Positions 28,643 to 37,971 of a stretch of 64,000 bases of DNA are shown here, piece by piece. Source of the stretch: a virus; the IMG/VR virus record IMGVR_UViG_3300007619_000129, positions 24,567 to 88,566 of that record, one strand, 5' to 3'. A model generated the notes under the pieces. It saw nothing but the letters and a program-made list of their open reading frames with translations. It was not told where the DNA came from and did not search any database. A program made the translations under genes and the position numbers. The number at the start of each line of letters is the position of its first letter. Within the stretch, counting starts at the first letter, position 1.

Positions 28643-28781
28643 TATTTGTAATTATGGCTCTTTTTTTATTTCCATTGATAATAAACAGAATTTTAACACC
28701 CCAAGATTCATTTACCTCTGTTACATCAATGTCTATAATTTTTATTTCACGATTGAACTTTTCTAAAGTATATTCTTGCAT
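28626..28781 (-). CDS. Small hypothetical protein (51 aa, MQEYTLEKFNREIKIIDIDV...)
   Basis: Below the ORF-track cut-off; read by hand. Fills the gap between the terminator and the 214-aa gene. Confidence 0.35.
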   Translation of the reverse strand: MQEYTLEKFNREIKIIDIDVTEVNESWGVKILFIINGNKKRAIITNSESPN

Positions 28782-28783
28782 TC

Positions 28784-28822
28784 AAAAAAAAAGACAGCAT
28801 ATTTTTACTAATACTGCCTTTT
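28784..28822 (-). terminator. Rho-independent terminator after the 128-aa gene
   Basis: Minus strand GGCAGTAT...ATGCTGTC stem (with G-U pairs) followed by a T run. Confidence 0.65.
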
Positions 28823-28863
28823 CAACCCCGTCTTTTGGGCTATCTGATACGCAAACTCACTTA

Positions 28864-29250
28864 TTATACTGGAGAAGAAGATCCCTTAATAAGTTCTCCA
28901 ATTTTTTGTCTTGAAATTCTTTCCGCCCCTTCCTTGGGATCATCTGTTGAGCCCGCTCCAGATGGTTCATATTCTGGCTTTGGCTCCACCTGATCTTCTG
29001 GGTTGTCTGAACCAGGACCTGGAGAGCTTGTATTTGGATACATGTCCCCTAACTCAAGGCTAGGTGATTCATTATAATCTAAATCCACAGGCCCAGTCTG
29101 ATCATTTTCTGTAACAACACCATCTACCAAAATACTTGAATCTGGCTCATAATCCTCAGTTGGACTAGCAGGATACATAGCTACCATTCGAGCCGTATCT
29201 GATCTACCCAATCCTCTTTGAGTTTTTTTTACTCTCTTATTAAGTGCCAT
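28864..29250 (-). CDS. Hypothetical Pro/acidic protein (128 aa), probably virion-associated
   Basis: ORF track; in the head gene cluster and followed by its own terminator. Confidence 0.7.
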   Translation of the reverse strand: MALNKRVKKTQRGLGRSDTARMVAMYPASPTEDYEPDSSILVDGVVTENDQTGPVDLDYNESPSLELGDMYPNTSSPGPGSDNPEDQVEPKPEYEPSGAGSTDDPKEGAERISRQKIGELIKGSSSPV

Positions 29251-29258
29251 TTATTTAT

Positions 29259-29645
29259 TTATTTCCCTTGCTTTTTTGGTGTTTTTGGCTTTGGATCATT
29301 ATTAAGTTTGCGTGTAGTCGAAACCTCTGAAATCAATTTCCGTAAATGTACTCTTTTATTACGTGCTTCTGCCATTTTTACAGCATATGATTTCATTTTC
29401 TTTTCAAAAGCCTTTTCTTCAGCCATTAACTTTTCATCAACTTTCTTTGCAGCTTCTTTTACCTTAGCAGCCTTTTCCCAATCAACACTTTGCTCAAGAG
29501 TTTCAGCATATTCATCAGCTTCTACCTCTTTAGTTTTATTAGTTTCTGCATTAATCTCTTTTTCATATTGCTTAACGTGTTCATAAATCTTTTTTTCTAG
29601 TTGTTTAACAGAAAGTTTCATTTTTAAAATTCTCCTTGCCTCCAA
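29259..29645 (-). CDS. Hypothetical coiled-coil protein (start probably MKLSVKQLEKKIYE at 29621)
   Basis: AGGAG precedes the internal ATG; ATACTTA motif upstream. Confidence 0.7.
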   Translation of the reverse strand: MEARRILKMKLSVKQLEKKIYEHVKQYEKEINAETNKTKEVEADEYAETLEQSVDWEKAAKVKEAAKKVDEKLMAEEKAFEKKMKSYAVKMAEARNKRVHLRKLISEVSTTRKLNNDPKPKTPKKQGK

Positions 29646-29680
29646 TTGGCATAATCTAAAGTTAAGTATGTTTGTATTTG

Positions 29681-30205
29681 TTATTGTTCATCAAAAAAAG
29701 CAACAGTAGCCCAATGACTATCACCATCTATATCTGCACCCGAACCAATTGAGGCAACTCCTGCTGAATTCATTAAATTACTTTGGGGAATTGGGGCATT
29801 TCCATAAGCACCACCATACCCATCAAAACCTTCTTGTACATAACCCCCTTCACCTCCACCAGGGACTGAAAGCATCTCCATTGGTCTTGCACTCATTTCT
29901 CCCTTAGAGTTTTGATCTTCCATTGTTGATTTTGCTGAAAGTATCATCTCAGTCATTGTTGGTGGACTAATATGATTATGTTGCCTATGAATCGGCTGTC
30001 TACCTGCTATATTGGGATTTTTTACATTTCCCTTTTGCATTAGTGAGTTTAAAGATCTTTTATTGTTTCTTACCATTTGTTGAGTGGAACCTTTATTAAT
30101 AGCAGAAGACATCATTTTCCTTTGGTTTGTCTCGCTTAAAAGAACTTCTCCAAAAATTTCAAGAAGACATTCTTTCACTATTGCTTTAAATTCTGATCTT
30201 TTCAT
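29681..30205 (-). CDS. Hypothetical protein with leader MKRSEFKAIVKECLLE
   Basis: 174 aa; head gene cluster. Confidence 0.7.
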   Translation of the reverse strand: MKRSEFKAIVKECLLEIFGEVLLSETNQRKMMSSAINKGSTQQMVRNNKRSLNSLMQKGNVKNPNIAGRQPIHRQHNHISPPTMTEMILSAKSTMEDQNSKGEMSARPMEMLSVPGGGEGGYVQEGFDGYGGAYGNAPIPQSNLMNSAGVASIGSGADIDGDSHWATVAFFDEQ

Positions 30206-30210
30206 AAAAA

Positions 30211-30627
30211 TTATCCAATATTTGGAACAAATTGATAATTTGAACCAGTTGTTCCCTGTAAAGAAGTAGAACCACTAATGTCAGGAAATGCATTTCTACT
30301 AATATTAGTTAATCCAGCAAGAAAATCAAATGTCGTTGAACCGTCCTCTGGCAATAAGTAAACATCTCTAACTCTCAAGTCAAAATCCATAATAGTACCA
30401 GTTGGAACAGTCATAAAATTACTTCCTGTCACACCATTAAGGGTAAACCCAACCCTAAGATCTGAAGCCCCTAAATTTCTAACTGAAAAATATTTGCAAA
30501 TATGACTCAACTCCATTTTTTTAGTTTCATTAAGAGAAATTGAAACAGAACCAGTTACCCACGGAACTCCTGGCACATGATATGCCGTGAACCAATTCAT
30601 TCCACTATTTGGCCATTGTAAAGTCAT
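30211..30627 (-). CDS. Small beta-rich virion protein, possible head decoration protein
   Basis: 138 aa, G.PWVTGS, N.G...LRVGF..NG; five [ST]G[ST] motifs; follows the protease gene. Confidence 0.55.
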   Translation of the reverse strand: MTLQWPNSGMNWFTAYHVPGVPWVTGSVSISLNETKKMELSHICKYFSVRNLGASDLRVGFTLNGVTGSNFMTVPTGTIMDFDLRVRDVYLLPEDGSTTFDFLAGLTNISRNAFPDISGSTSLQGTTGSNYQFVPNIG

Positions 30628-30630
30628 ATA

Positions 30631-31287
30631 TTATTTCCCCCACGATAGAATGTCATTTGCAATTCTATCTATTCTGTCAGATTTTGTAAAAACTTTGTTA
30701 AGATATTCATCAATGCCTTCTGTCAAATAAACAAAAGCACCTGGAGTAGAAGGTTCAGAAACAACATCCCAACAAACAAGTTGAAAGTCTTCCTGAACAA
30801 CCTGATATCCGTTTGAGTCAGATTGTGTTGAACCAACCCCCCTTGAAGATATTCCTACAGTTATATTTTGTTTAATAAGTCCTTTTAACTCTTTACCGTT
30901 TGTAGTATGATTTAAAATCTCTAAACGTCCCCTAATAATACCTTTGTTGTCCATCTCTGCCTCAACAATAACATGAGAAGCAGTTTTCAATTCAATTATT
31001 GAGTTGTCAGTATGGTCTAGTGCACCAAGTGCCCTTCTTTCTCTTATTAATTTTTGATAATTTCTTAGTTCTTTCTCCAGAATATCTCTTGGATAAATTC
31101 TTCCATTTTGATTTAGGGTATCTGCTCTTTGTAAAATTCCCTCTAGAAACATTACCTCTTCACCGTTCACCTGTTCCACAATTACTTTTTTGTCCTCTAA
31201 AGTACATCCCTCAATCAAAACACCTCTCTCTATTGGAGCAAAAGAAAGGTTAGACGAAACTGTATTAATTGTCTTTATTAACGACAT
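30631..31287 (-). CDS. gp21: Prohead core protease (T4 gp21-like)
   Basis: LEGILQRAD..N.NGRIYP..IL, ALG.LDH, ASH.I, GISSRG.GS, DF.LVCWD.VSEPSTPGA. Confidence 0.95.
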   Translation of the reverse strand: MSLIKTINTVSSNLSFAPIERGVLIEGCTLEDKKVIVEQVNGEEVMFLEGILQRADTLNQNGRIYPRDILEKELRNYQKLIRERRALGALDHTDNSIIELKTASHVIVEAEMDNKGIIRGRLEILNHTTNGKELKGLIKQNITVGISSRGVGSTQSDSNGYQVVQEDFQLVCWDVVSEPSTPGAFVYLTEGIDEYLNKVFTKSDRIDRIANDILSWGK

Positions 31288-32111
31288 TCAATTTCCTCCC
31301 TTAGTTTAGATATGTCTAAAAACCTATCTACAACCTCATCATTTACAATATCAGTATTTACTTCCATAATTTTTTCTTTTACTTGACTTAATTTTTTAAC
31401 AAGGTACTTATCCGTTCCTTCGCTTAATAAATACCTATCTAAACCTTCAAGAATAGAATCTTTAAGTGATTTAATGTGTTTTTTTACCTTTTCATGATTT
31501 TCTTCAAAAACATAAGACCTAATCAAGTCTTGAGATTCTTCATTTAGAGTGCCGTATCTCTCATTTATTTTTTTTGTCATTAACTTTACGACTAAAGCAT
31601 CAGAGGTAGTATCAATATGTTCTCTAATGTTTTCCCTCTTCTTTTCAGCCATTAGTTTCTTTTTAAGTTTATCCTCATACTTCGCCAATACTGCTAAGTC
31701 TGAACCTTCTCCATTTCTCCACTCATTCAAAAGTGTCTGAACCGTAGCATAATCTGTATAATCCTCTACTATTTGATTATAAAAATTTGGATCGTTCAAT
31801 TCATGATTAATACTTCTTATCAATAAAGACTTTTCATAATCAAGCTTTTTTTTATCGTAATTTCGTGCAGCACTCTTTGCTTCAGTCAATATACTATTTG
31901 CTACCGATTCCGAACTTACTGTAGTAGAAACTAAAGCATTAAAAAGTCTAAATTCTTTATATAATTCAGTACCCTTTTTAAAGTGTTCCTTTACAATATT
32001 AAAAGACTTAAGTCTCTTTTCTTCATCTTTCTCTACGATAGCATTGGCAATACACCTAGCAAGCCATTCATATAGTAGCCCAGTATTTCTTTTTTTGTTG
32101 TGTTTGGCCAT
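31278..32111 (-). CDS. Hypothetical protein between portal and protease
   Basis: 277 aa, helical, begins KHNKKRNTGLLYE.L; operonic. Confidence 0.8.
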   Translation of the reverse strand: MAKHNKKRNTGLLYEWLARCIANAIVEKDEEKRLKSFNIVKEHFKKGTELYKEFRLFNALVSTTVSSESVANSILTEAKSAARNYDKKKLDYEKSLLIRSINHELNDPNFYNQIVEDYTDYATVQTLLNEWRNGEGSDLAVLAKYEDKLKKKLMAEKKRENIREHIDTTSDALVVKLMTKKINERYGTLNEESQDLIRSYVFEENHEKVKKHIKSLKDSILEGLDRYLLSEGTDKYLVKKLSQVKEKIMEVNTDIVNDEVVDRFLDISKLREEIECR

Positions 32112-32115
32112 CGTT

Positions 32116-35100
32116 TTATTCTTCCTCTTTTTCCTCTTTTATAATGTGATCTAACTCATTTTCCACAATCAGATCATCTAATTTTTTTTCTCCCTCTTCT
32201 TCAAAAATTATCTCAATATCATCAACATCTCTACTTTCTGATTCCTTAAGAATATTCCTCTTATTAATATTTAGGTCCTTTTTCATTGAATTAAGAGCTT
32301 TTTTAATTTCTTTAGTCATTCGTGCCTGCTGAAACATCATCTTATCTAAGACATCCCTATTCGTTCTAGCATTAATTTCGTGAAAAGGCCCCTCTGCTTC
32401 AAACCTTTCATCATTAGCATCATAAGAATCACTCTCAAGAGAATTCATTCTTGACAAATCAGGCATAGAAGTAGCATACGGACCCTTACCATGCTTTAGT
32501 CTTTTTCTGTTGTATTGAACTCTTTGTGATTGACTTATTGGATTTCTTTTTACAGGAACTTTTTCCTCTTCGCTTTCATCCAAATCAAATTCATCATCTT
32601 CTTCTTCAATGTCTAACATTAATGATTTTTTATTTTTTTCTTCTCCAGCGAAAAGGTCTTCTTCTTCCTCTTCTTCCCCTCCCTCTTCTTCTCCACCACC
32701 TGGACCTTCTTCACCGCCTAATCCCCCTAATCCACCTTCTTCTTCACCACCAATTTCTTCTTCTCCACTCCCAAGAGCCTCTAATCCTGGACCTCCACCA
32801 CCACCAAGTCCTCCACCCCCAAGTCCTCCACCACCGCCTTCTCCACCAAGTGCTCCAGGTTCAGTAATTTGATCAAGGATTGCTTGTCTTTGTAGATCTT
32901 TTATCTGTTCTTCTTCTACTTTTTTAATTTCTTCTTTGGTTAAGTTAAAAACTTCACGATAAACATATCCATTTGATAACAAATTCTCAGGCTTTGATTG
33001 TGCAATCTCAAATCTACGACCAACAAGCTCCAATTTTTGTTGTTGTGCTGTATTAGACGGATTAGATAAAGCAATTTTAAAATCAATTAAATCTTCTTCA
33101 TCATATCCGTTAGCTGCTAAGTGAATTGCTGCTATTTTATTTAATTCTGAAATTATAACTTTCTGAATAGCTTGTATAGCACGCGAGAATCTAACGTCCT
33201 CCTGAGCTAAATTCGCCTTCGAACTGTTATGAACAATGTTTCCAGAAGAAGTGGCAAAATTATGCCATCTTTTAACGGTCAAATCATAAACCTCAATTGG
33301 AAATTTTAAATTAATGTCTCTAACACTTATAACCTTATGGTTATTTGGGGTTTTTTCTTTAAGTTTTGGAATTAAAATTTCTTTTTTAAAATCTCTCCAC
33401 CCACTAAAACCATTTTCCTTTAATAAAGTTTTTACATGTCGTAATCCAACTGGTGGAACTAAATCAAATCTTCCATCTCTATACTTGAATACGTCTCTAT
33501 GAGTAAGATCATTTTCTACGCAGTAACCAATTAACCAATCATAAGTGTAAGTTTTATACTTCCTCTTACTATGATGATTTTCTCCAAAAATTTTAGCCCT
33601 AACTTCAGGTCTTTGAAGTATTTCTTTATTTTGTTTAGTTTTAATTTTTCTATATTCAGAATCTTCCCAATTTTTCTTCATAACTTCAGACATAACATCT
33701 GAAATCTCATCTCCATGAATCCATTCATATAGTGGCCTACCAGGAGTTGTGGTTTCATATTTCATTTGCTTTGAAGACATTTCCTTATGATCTTCAGAAC
33801 TAAGCCATTTTCTGTGAGCCTTTATACTTTTTTCTTCAACCCGAATATTCCTTAATAAATCATGACATTTCTCGCTATTAGCCCATAAAAGCTGATTTTT
33901 TCTTCTTCGCTCTTCTATTTCAGGATTGCCCATAATATGAGTCATAAAATGGTTGGCATGATATTCAAAGTGTTCTTTCTTCCCCATTTCAACTAATAAA
34001 TCAGGATTATTATTTCTTTTATTAAAAGAAGAATGATGAATAACTCTATCATTCAAGGGCAATTTATAATTTTGTGTTGATTCAAAAACTAATTTATGGG
34101 TATAAATCCATTTTCCGTCTTGGAGAATTTGTTCATAACCTTCAATTTTATCTCCTTTTTCTTTAGAAGAAATTTTTCTATAAAGTGGCATCAAAGACTC
34201 TCCAACCATAATCTCATCTGCCCTTTTATATTGCCCATTTCTTAATAAAAATGGATGATTTTCTGTACACAATATTTTTTCACCATTATCTAAAACAACT
34301 TCAGTTAATTTATTAACTGTTTTTGTTGGTCCTGCCCATTCAATTTCACCTGGTTTTATATTTCCCTGTAAATCAGATGAATAAACCCAATTTTTAATTC
34401 CATTTCTATATTCTTCAGAGATTTCTTTAATTGACAATTCTCTACCGTCTAATAATGGAATTTTAGTGTCGGGATGTAAACAAAGCTGTTCATCAAATCC
34501 AATATATGCTTTTGGAACTTTAAGAGCAGCAAATAACTTTTTCTGAATATATTCAACATCATCAATAGCAGTAGTGTTTGTACCACCGGGTAATGTGTCA
34601 ATTCTTGTACCTCCTTCAGTACCTCGAATAGGAATAAAATAATCAATATCTACTGACCAAGGATTATAACGAAGGTCTACTCGACCGGTATCTTTATCAA
34701 TAACTTCTTGTGACTTAAGCTGTGTTCTTGCATTCTCAATGACATTTGGAACATCATCTGGCGGAATTCCAGCAACATCAATATAGAAAACTCTTCTTTC
34801 TGGAGCTCTGATAACCCTATAAACAAGCATTGCATCTTCAATAAGAATAAGTTGTCTCCAAATTCTTCTAGCCGATTCCAAAATAGAAGAACCATAAGGT
34901 AAAAATGCATCATTCCCTTGTAATCTAAAGTGTGCAACTTGCCAATTTTGAAGAACTTGGTTTCCCACAGTTACCCACCTAAATCTTACGGACATTGGAT
35001 CGTTTGGATCCCAACCCTCTTCTCTTTCTATCTCGTTTACAGGAATTGGATAAGCATTTATTACACCATATCCATCAGTAACATCAATAAAGATGAAAAA

Positions 35101-37896
35101 ATCTCCATATTTGCATAAATTTCTCACCCAACCCAACAGTACGAATTCAATATTAAGTGTGTCGTAAAACAGTTCCTCAAGTAATTCTTTTATTTTAGCA
35201 TTTTCTGAAAATATGTGAAGAGAACGACCCTTTTCATCAGGCGCTACCGATTCTTCCGCATGAACCTGAAGGGCTGATGCTATCTCAGGTGTATATTCCA
35301 TTTCCGAATTTTTTATTATTACAAATTTTTGTGGTTCACAACTAAAATTCTCATAATTTAGATCGCAATCAGAACCAGCTGCAAAATTATGGTATTTATC
35401 TACAGTAAGGTTATAAACCATTTCCTTTTTATCTAAAAAATCTACACTTATAACTTTATGATTATTATAGTTTTGAACCCAATCATAATAAGACCTAAAT
35501 CCTTCTTTAATAATTCTTGCTAAAATTTTATTTTGACTAGTTCCAACAGTGCTTGCCAATTCTCTATATGTCATTCCCTCTTTATAAGAATTACAAATAT
35601 CCTGATAGGAAATTGATTGATCAATTAATTCTTTCCTTCCCACCCCTTCAACAACACTAAATCCATTATCTTCTTTAAGATTAGACCATGTTCCATAACC
35701 ATGGGAAAAAATTCTTCTACGTATTGCATTTGGAGTACAAGATAATTTTTGACATAATTCATAAATGTTTTGACAATCTTTTGATTTTTCAATAATATCT
35801 TCTATTTCAGGACTTGTAGATTCTTTAATAATGTTATTGTCAGTTATGTGTTGTTGTATTTCATTTCTTTTTGACTTAAAGTCAACCCAATTTTTAAAGC
35901 CCCTTTCTCTTAATCTTCTTTTTATAACATTTTGATCAACCTTAAGAGCTTTTTTTACCTTGCTCATTACAAAATTAAGCTCTATTGCTAACTCAAGAAT
36001 TTTTTCAAAAGTAATATCAGTTCTTTTTGAAGGATTATTTTCTCGCATCCATTTTGAATGCTTATTATTTGGTTTACCAAATTTATTTTTGTTATTAAGT
36101 TGAGCATGATATTTGTAATGCTCAATCCTATCCATTATCATTAAATTTTCAAGTTTATTATTATCTTTATCAAAATCAATATGGTGAACAACCTCATTAT
36201 CCTCTATTTTTCTTACAAAATGCTCTATAACAAATCGATGTTCTCTCTGCCACCCCCCATATTTTTCCATTGTATAAATGTATTTGTATCCATTAGAATC
36301 TAATTTTTTAATTGTAAATGGCATAAGTGCCATTCCTGATTTTAGATCTTTTGCCTGAACATAATCTCCACCTCTCAATAAAAACTTATGGTCTAATGTA
36401 GAATCAATATGTCCTCCATCAAAATGAACTCTAACTAATTTTTGTTTTTCTCCATTTCTTGAAAGTCTAGGACTATGAGCTTCTGCTATAACAATTTTGT
36501 TATTTTCATGATCGTAAGAATAAACATGAAATCTTTCACCATTTTTATATTTTTCCGAAAGCTCTTTAATGGTAAAAATACCATTAGTAGTATAAATTTT
36601 TGTATCTCCCCTTACACAAAAATCCGAATATCTTGAATTATGTACAATAATGCTATCTGTTGCGAAATTTTCATATCCATCTACTGTTAAATCTCCAACT
36701 TCTAATTGGTTAAATTTTTCAACAGAAACAACTTTATGATTATTTAATCTCAATTCTTTTTGTTTAAAATCAGACCAAGATTCATATCCCTGTTTTTTCA
36801 AATACTTACATAAAGTAAGTGGATTTATATCAAGAATTTCAGAAGCTTCTTTTTGGTTTAATGTACAACCATATCCAAAAACAGAAATAAGATTCTCAAA
36901 AGAACATACTAAATCAAAATTCTTATTTTTTCTTTGTTTTGCCTTTTTTGATATTTTATCTCTAATTTCACTTAAATTTGTTGGATTATTTTTTAATAAA
37001 AATTCTCTTCTTTTTTTGATTACATCTTCTCTTGAATTATTTTTAGCTACATTTTTTGCCCTAGATCCATCATCTCTTTCCCAGGCTTTTTTAATCCCAT
37101 TTATCATTCTTTCTCTAATTTCTAAATTTTTCCATTGTTCTTTAGTATTTTTTCCATGTAAAATTAAATGATCATGAGCATCCATAATTTGAAGGTTTTC
37201 TGGATTATTGTCTTGAGACAAAAAATTTATATGATGAACATGTTCACTTTTTTTTATTTTTCTTTTAAAGAACCATTCAGCAATTAATTTGTGTTCTGAC
37301 TGCCAACCATTCCAATTATTGTCTTTTCTATTAAAAGTTAATATACTTCTATAACCAAAAAATTTCTTTCCATCTTTATCCGATTTTCCTTCAAACCTTT
37401 TTCTATAAAAAGGCATCATAGAATCACCTGAACTTAAATTTTCCGCATCCTTATATGAACCATCTCTCATCATACACGGATGATCAGATGTACAAATCAA
37501 ATATTTCCCATTATCAAAAGTAATTTTTACAGTATCTTTAGTGCCTGAAATTCTTGGAGTGTGTGCCCATGCTGGAACAATACATCTCTTTTCATGATCA
37601 TAAGAATAAACAATAAATTTTTCTCCATTTGGATATTTTTCTATTAACTCTTTTAATGTCAAAAACCCTTCAGGTCCAGGAATGGCTATTTTTGTATTAA
37701 TATCAATACACAATCTATCGTATTGACCGTAAGCATTTAGTGCATTCCCGTATACACCAGTAGTAGATTTTCGGAATACATCAAGGGCACTACTTGTGAT
37801 TTCGCCTGTTCTAAAGCCTCTTACTTTTCGCTTTACAATAGGTCCGGACCTAAATAGTCTTGTTAATCTTTTGAATAAATCGTTTTTTTGAGCCAT
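32116..37896 (-). CDS. gp20: Portal protein (T4 gp20-like) with three inteins; 712 aa after splicing
   Basis: Extein motifs EMEYTPEIASAL, RNLCKYGDFF, LPYG.SILE.ARRIW.QL.L.EDAML.YR..RAPERRVFYIDV, DYFIP.RG...GT.I.TLPGG, KLFAALKVPK, LAQED.RF. Confidence 0.95.
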   Translation of the reverse strand: MAQKNDLFKRLTRLFRSGPIVKRKVRGFRTGEITSSALDVFRKSTTGVYGNALNAYGQYDRLCIDINTKIAIPGPEGFLTLKELIEKYPNGEKFIVYSYDHEKRCIVPAWAHTPRISGTKDTVKITFDNGKYLICTSDHPCMMRDGSYKDAENLSSGDSMMPFYRKRFEGKSDKDGKKFFGYRSILTFNRKDNNWNGWQSEHKLIAEWFFKRKIKKSEHVHHINFLSQDNNPENLQIMDAHDHLILHGKNTKEQWKNLEIRERMINGIKKAWERDDGSRAKNVAKNNSREDVIKKRREFLLKNNPTNLSEIRDKISKKAKQRKNKNFDLVCSFENLISVFGYGCTLNQKEASEILDINPLTLCKYLKKQGYESWSDFKQKELRLNNHKVVSVEKFNQLEVGDLTVDGYENFATDSIIVHNSRYSDFCVRGDTKIYTTNGIFTIKELSEKYKNGERFHVYSYDHENNKIVIAEAHSPRLSRNGEKQKLVRVHFDGGHIDSTLDHKFLLRGGDYVQAKDLKSGMALMPFTIKKLDSNGYKYIYTMEKYGGWQREHRFVIEHFVRKIEDNEVVHHIDFDKDNNKLENLMIMDRIEHYKYHAQLNNKNKFGKPNNKHSKWMRENNPSKRTDITFEKILELAIELNFVMSKVKKALKVDQNVIKRRLRERGFKNWVDFKSKRNEIQQHITDNNIIKESTSPEIEDIIEKSKDCQNIYELCQKLSCTPNAIRRRIFSHGYGTWSNLKEDNGFSVVEGVGRKELIDQSISYQDICNSYKEGMTYRELASTVGTSQNKILARIIKEGFRSYYDWVQNYNNHKVISVDFLDKKEMVYNLTVDKYHNFAAGSDCDLNYENFSCEPQKFVIIKNSEMEYTPEIASALQVHAEESVAPDEKGRSLHIFSENAKIKELLEELFYDTLNIEFVLLGWVRNLCKYGDFFIFIDVTDGYGVINAYPIPVNEIEREEGWDPNDPMSVRFRWVTVGNQVLQNWQVAHFRLQGNDAFLPYGSSILESARRIWRQLILIEDAMLVYRVIRAPERRVFYIDVAGIPPDDVPNVIENARTQLKSQEVIDKDTGRVDLRYNPWSVDIDYFIPIRGTEGGTRIDTLPGGTNTTAIDDVEYIQKKLFAALKVPKAYIGFDEQLCLHPDTKIPLLDGRELSIKEISEEYRNGIKNWVYSSDLQGNIKPGEIEWAGPTKTVNKLTEVVLDNGEKILCTENHPFLLRNGQYKRADEIMVGESLMPLYRKISSKEKGDKIEGYEQILQDGKWIYTHKLVFESTQNYKLPLNDRVIHHSSFNKRNNNPDLLVEMGKKEHFEYHANHFMTHIMGNPEIEERRRKNQLLWANSEKCHDLLRNIRVEEKSIKAHRKWLSSEDHKEMSSKQMKYETTTPGRPLYEWIHGDEISDVMSEVMKKNWEDSEYRKIKTKQNKEILQRPEVRAKIFGENHHSKRKYKTYTYDWLIGYCVENDLTHRDVFKYRDGRFDLVPPVGLRHVKTLLKENGFSGWRDFKKEILIPKLKEKTPNNHKVISVRDINLKFPIEVYDLTVKRWHNFATSSGNIVHNSSKANLAQEDVRFSRAIQAIQKVIISELNKIAAIHLAANGYDEEDLIDFKIALSNPSNTAQQQKLELVGRRFEIAQSKPENLLSNGYVYREVFNLTKEEIKKVEEEQIKDLQRQAILDQITEPGALGGEGGGGGLGGGGLGGGGGPGLEALGSGEEEIGGEEEGGLGGLGGEEGPGGGEEEGGEEEEEEDLFAGEEKNKKSLMLDIEEEDDEFDLDESEEEKVPVKRNPISQSQRVQYNRKRLKHGKGPYATSMPDLSRMNSLESDSYDANDERFEAEGPFHEINARTNRDVLDKMMFQQARMTKEIKKALNSMKKDLNINKRNILKESESRDVDDIEIIFEEEGEKKLDDLIVENELDHIIKEEKEEE
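33226..34482 (-). mobile_element. Intein 3 in portal (419 aa, HNH endonuclease)
   Basis: QL/CLHPDTKI, CTENHPF, HHSSFNKRNN.P..L, VYDLTVKRWHNF..GNIVHN/S. Confidence 0.92.
35308..36618 (-). mobile_element. Intein 2 in portal (437 aa, HNH endonuclease, penultimate Lys)
   Basis: DF/CVRGDTKI, STLDHKF, HHIDFDKDNN.LENL, VYNLTVDKYHNF...IIKN/S. Confidence 0.9.
36637..37710 (-). mobile_element. Intein 1 in portal (358 aa, HNH endonuclease)
   Basis: RL/CIDINTKI, block B CTSDHP, HHINF...DN.PENL, DLTVDGYENF..IIVHN/S. Confidence 0.92.
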
Positions 37897-37937
37897 TTTT
37901 GCTCCTATAGTGAATAGAAAGCTCTTCTATTTCAATT

Positions 37938-37946
37938 ATTATATCA
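37938..37946 (-). promoter_or_regulatory. Extended -10 element TGATATAAT upstream of portal
   Basis: Perfect TGnTATAAT in the TerL-portal gap; AGGAG Shine-Dalgarno downstream. Confidence 0.45.
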
Positions 37947-37971
37947 TATATGTAGCAATCAAATTTAATTA

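Noticed and set aside
32640-32860. GC-rich ccacca/tcttct run as a foreign insertion
   Set aside because: Fully explained by in-frame Gly/Glu codons of the portal tail.
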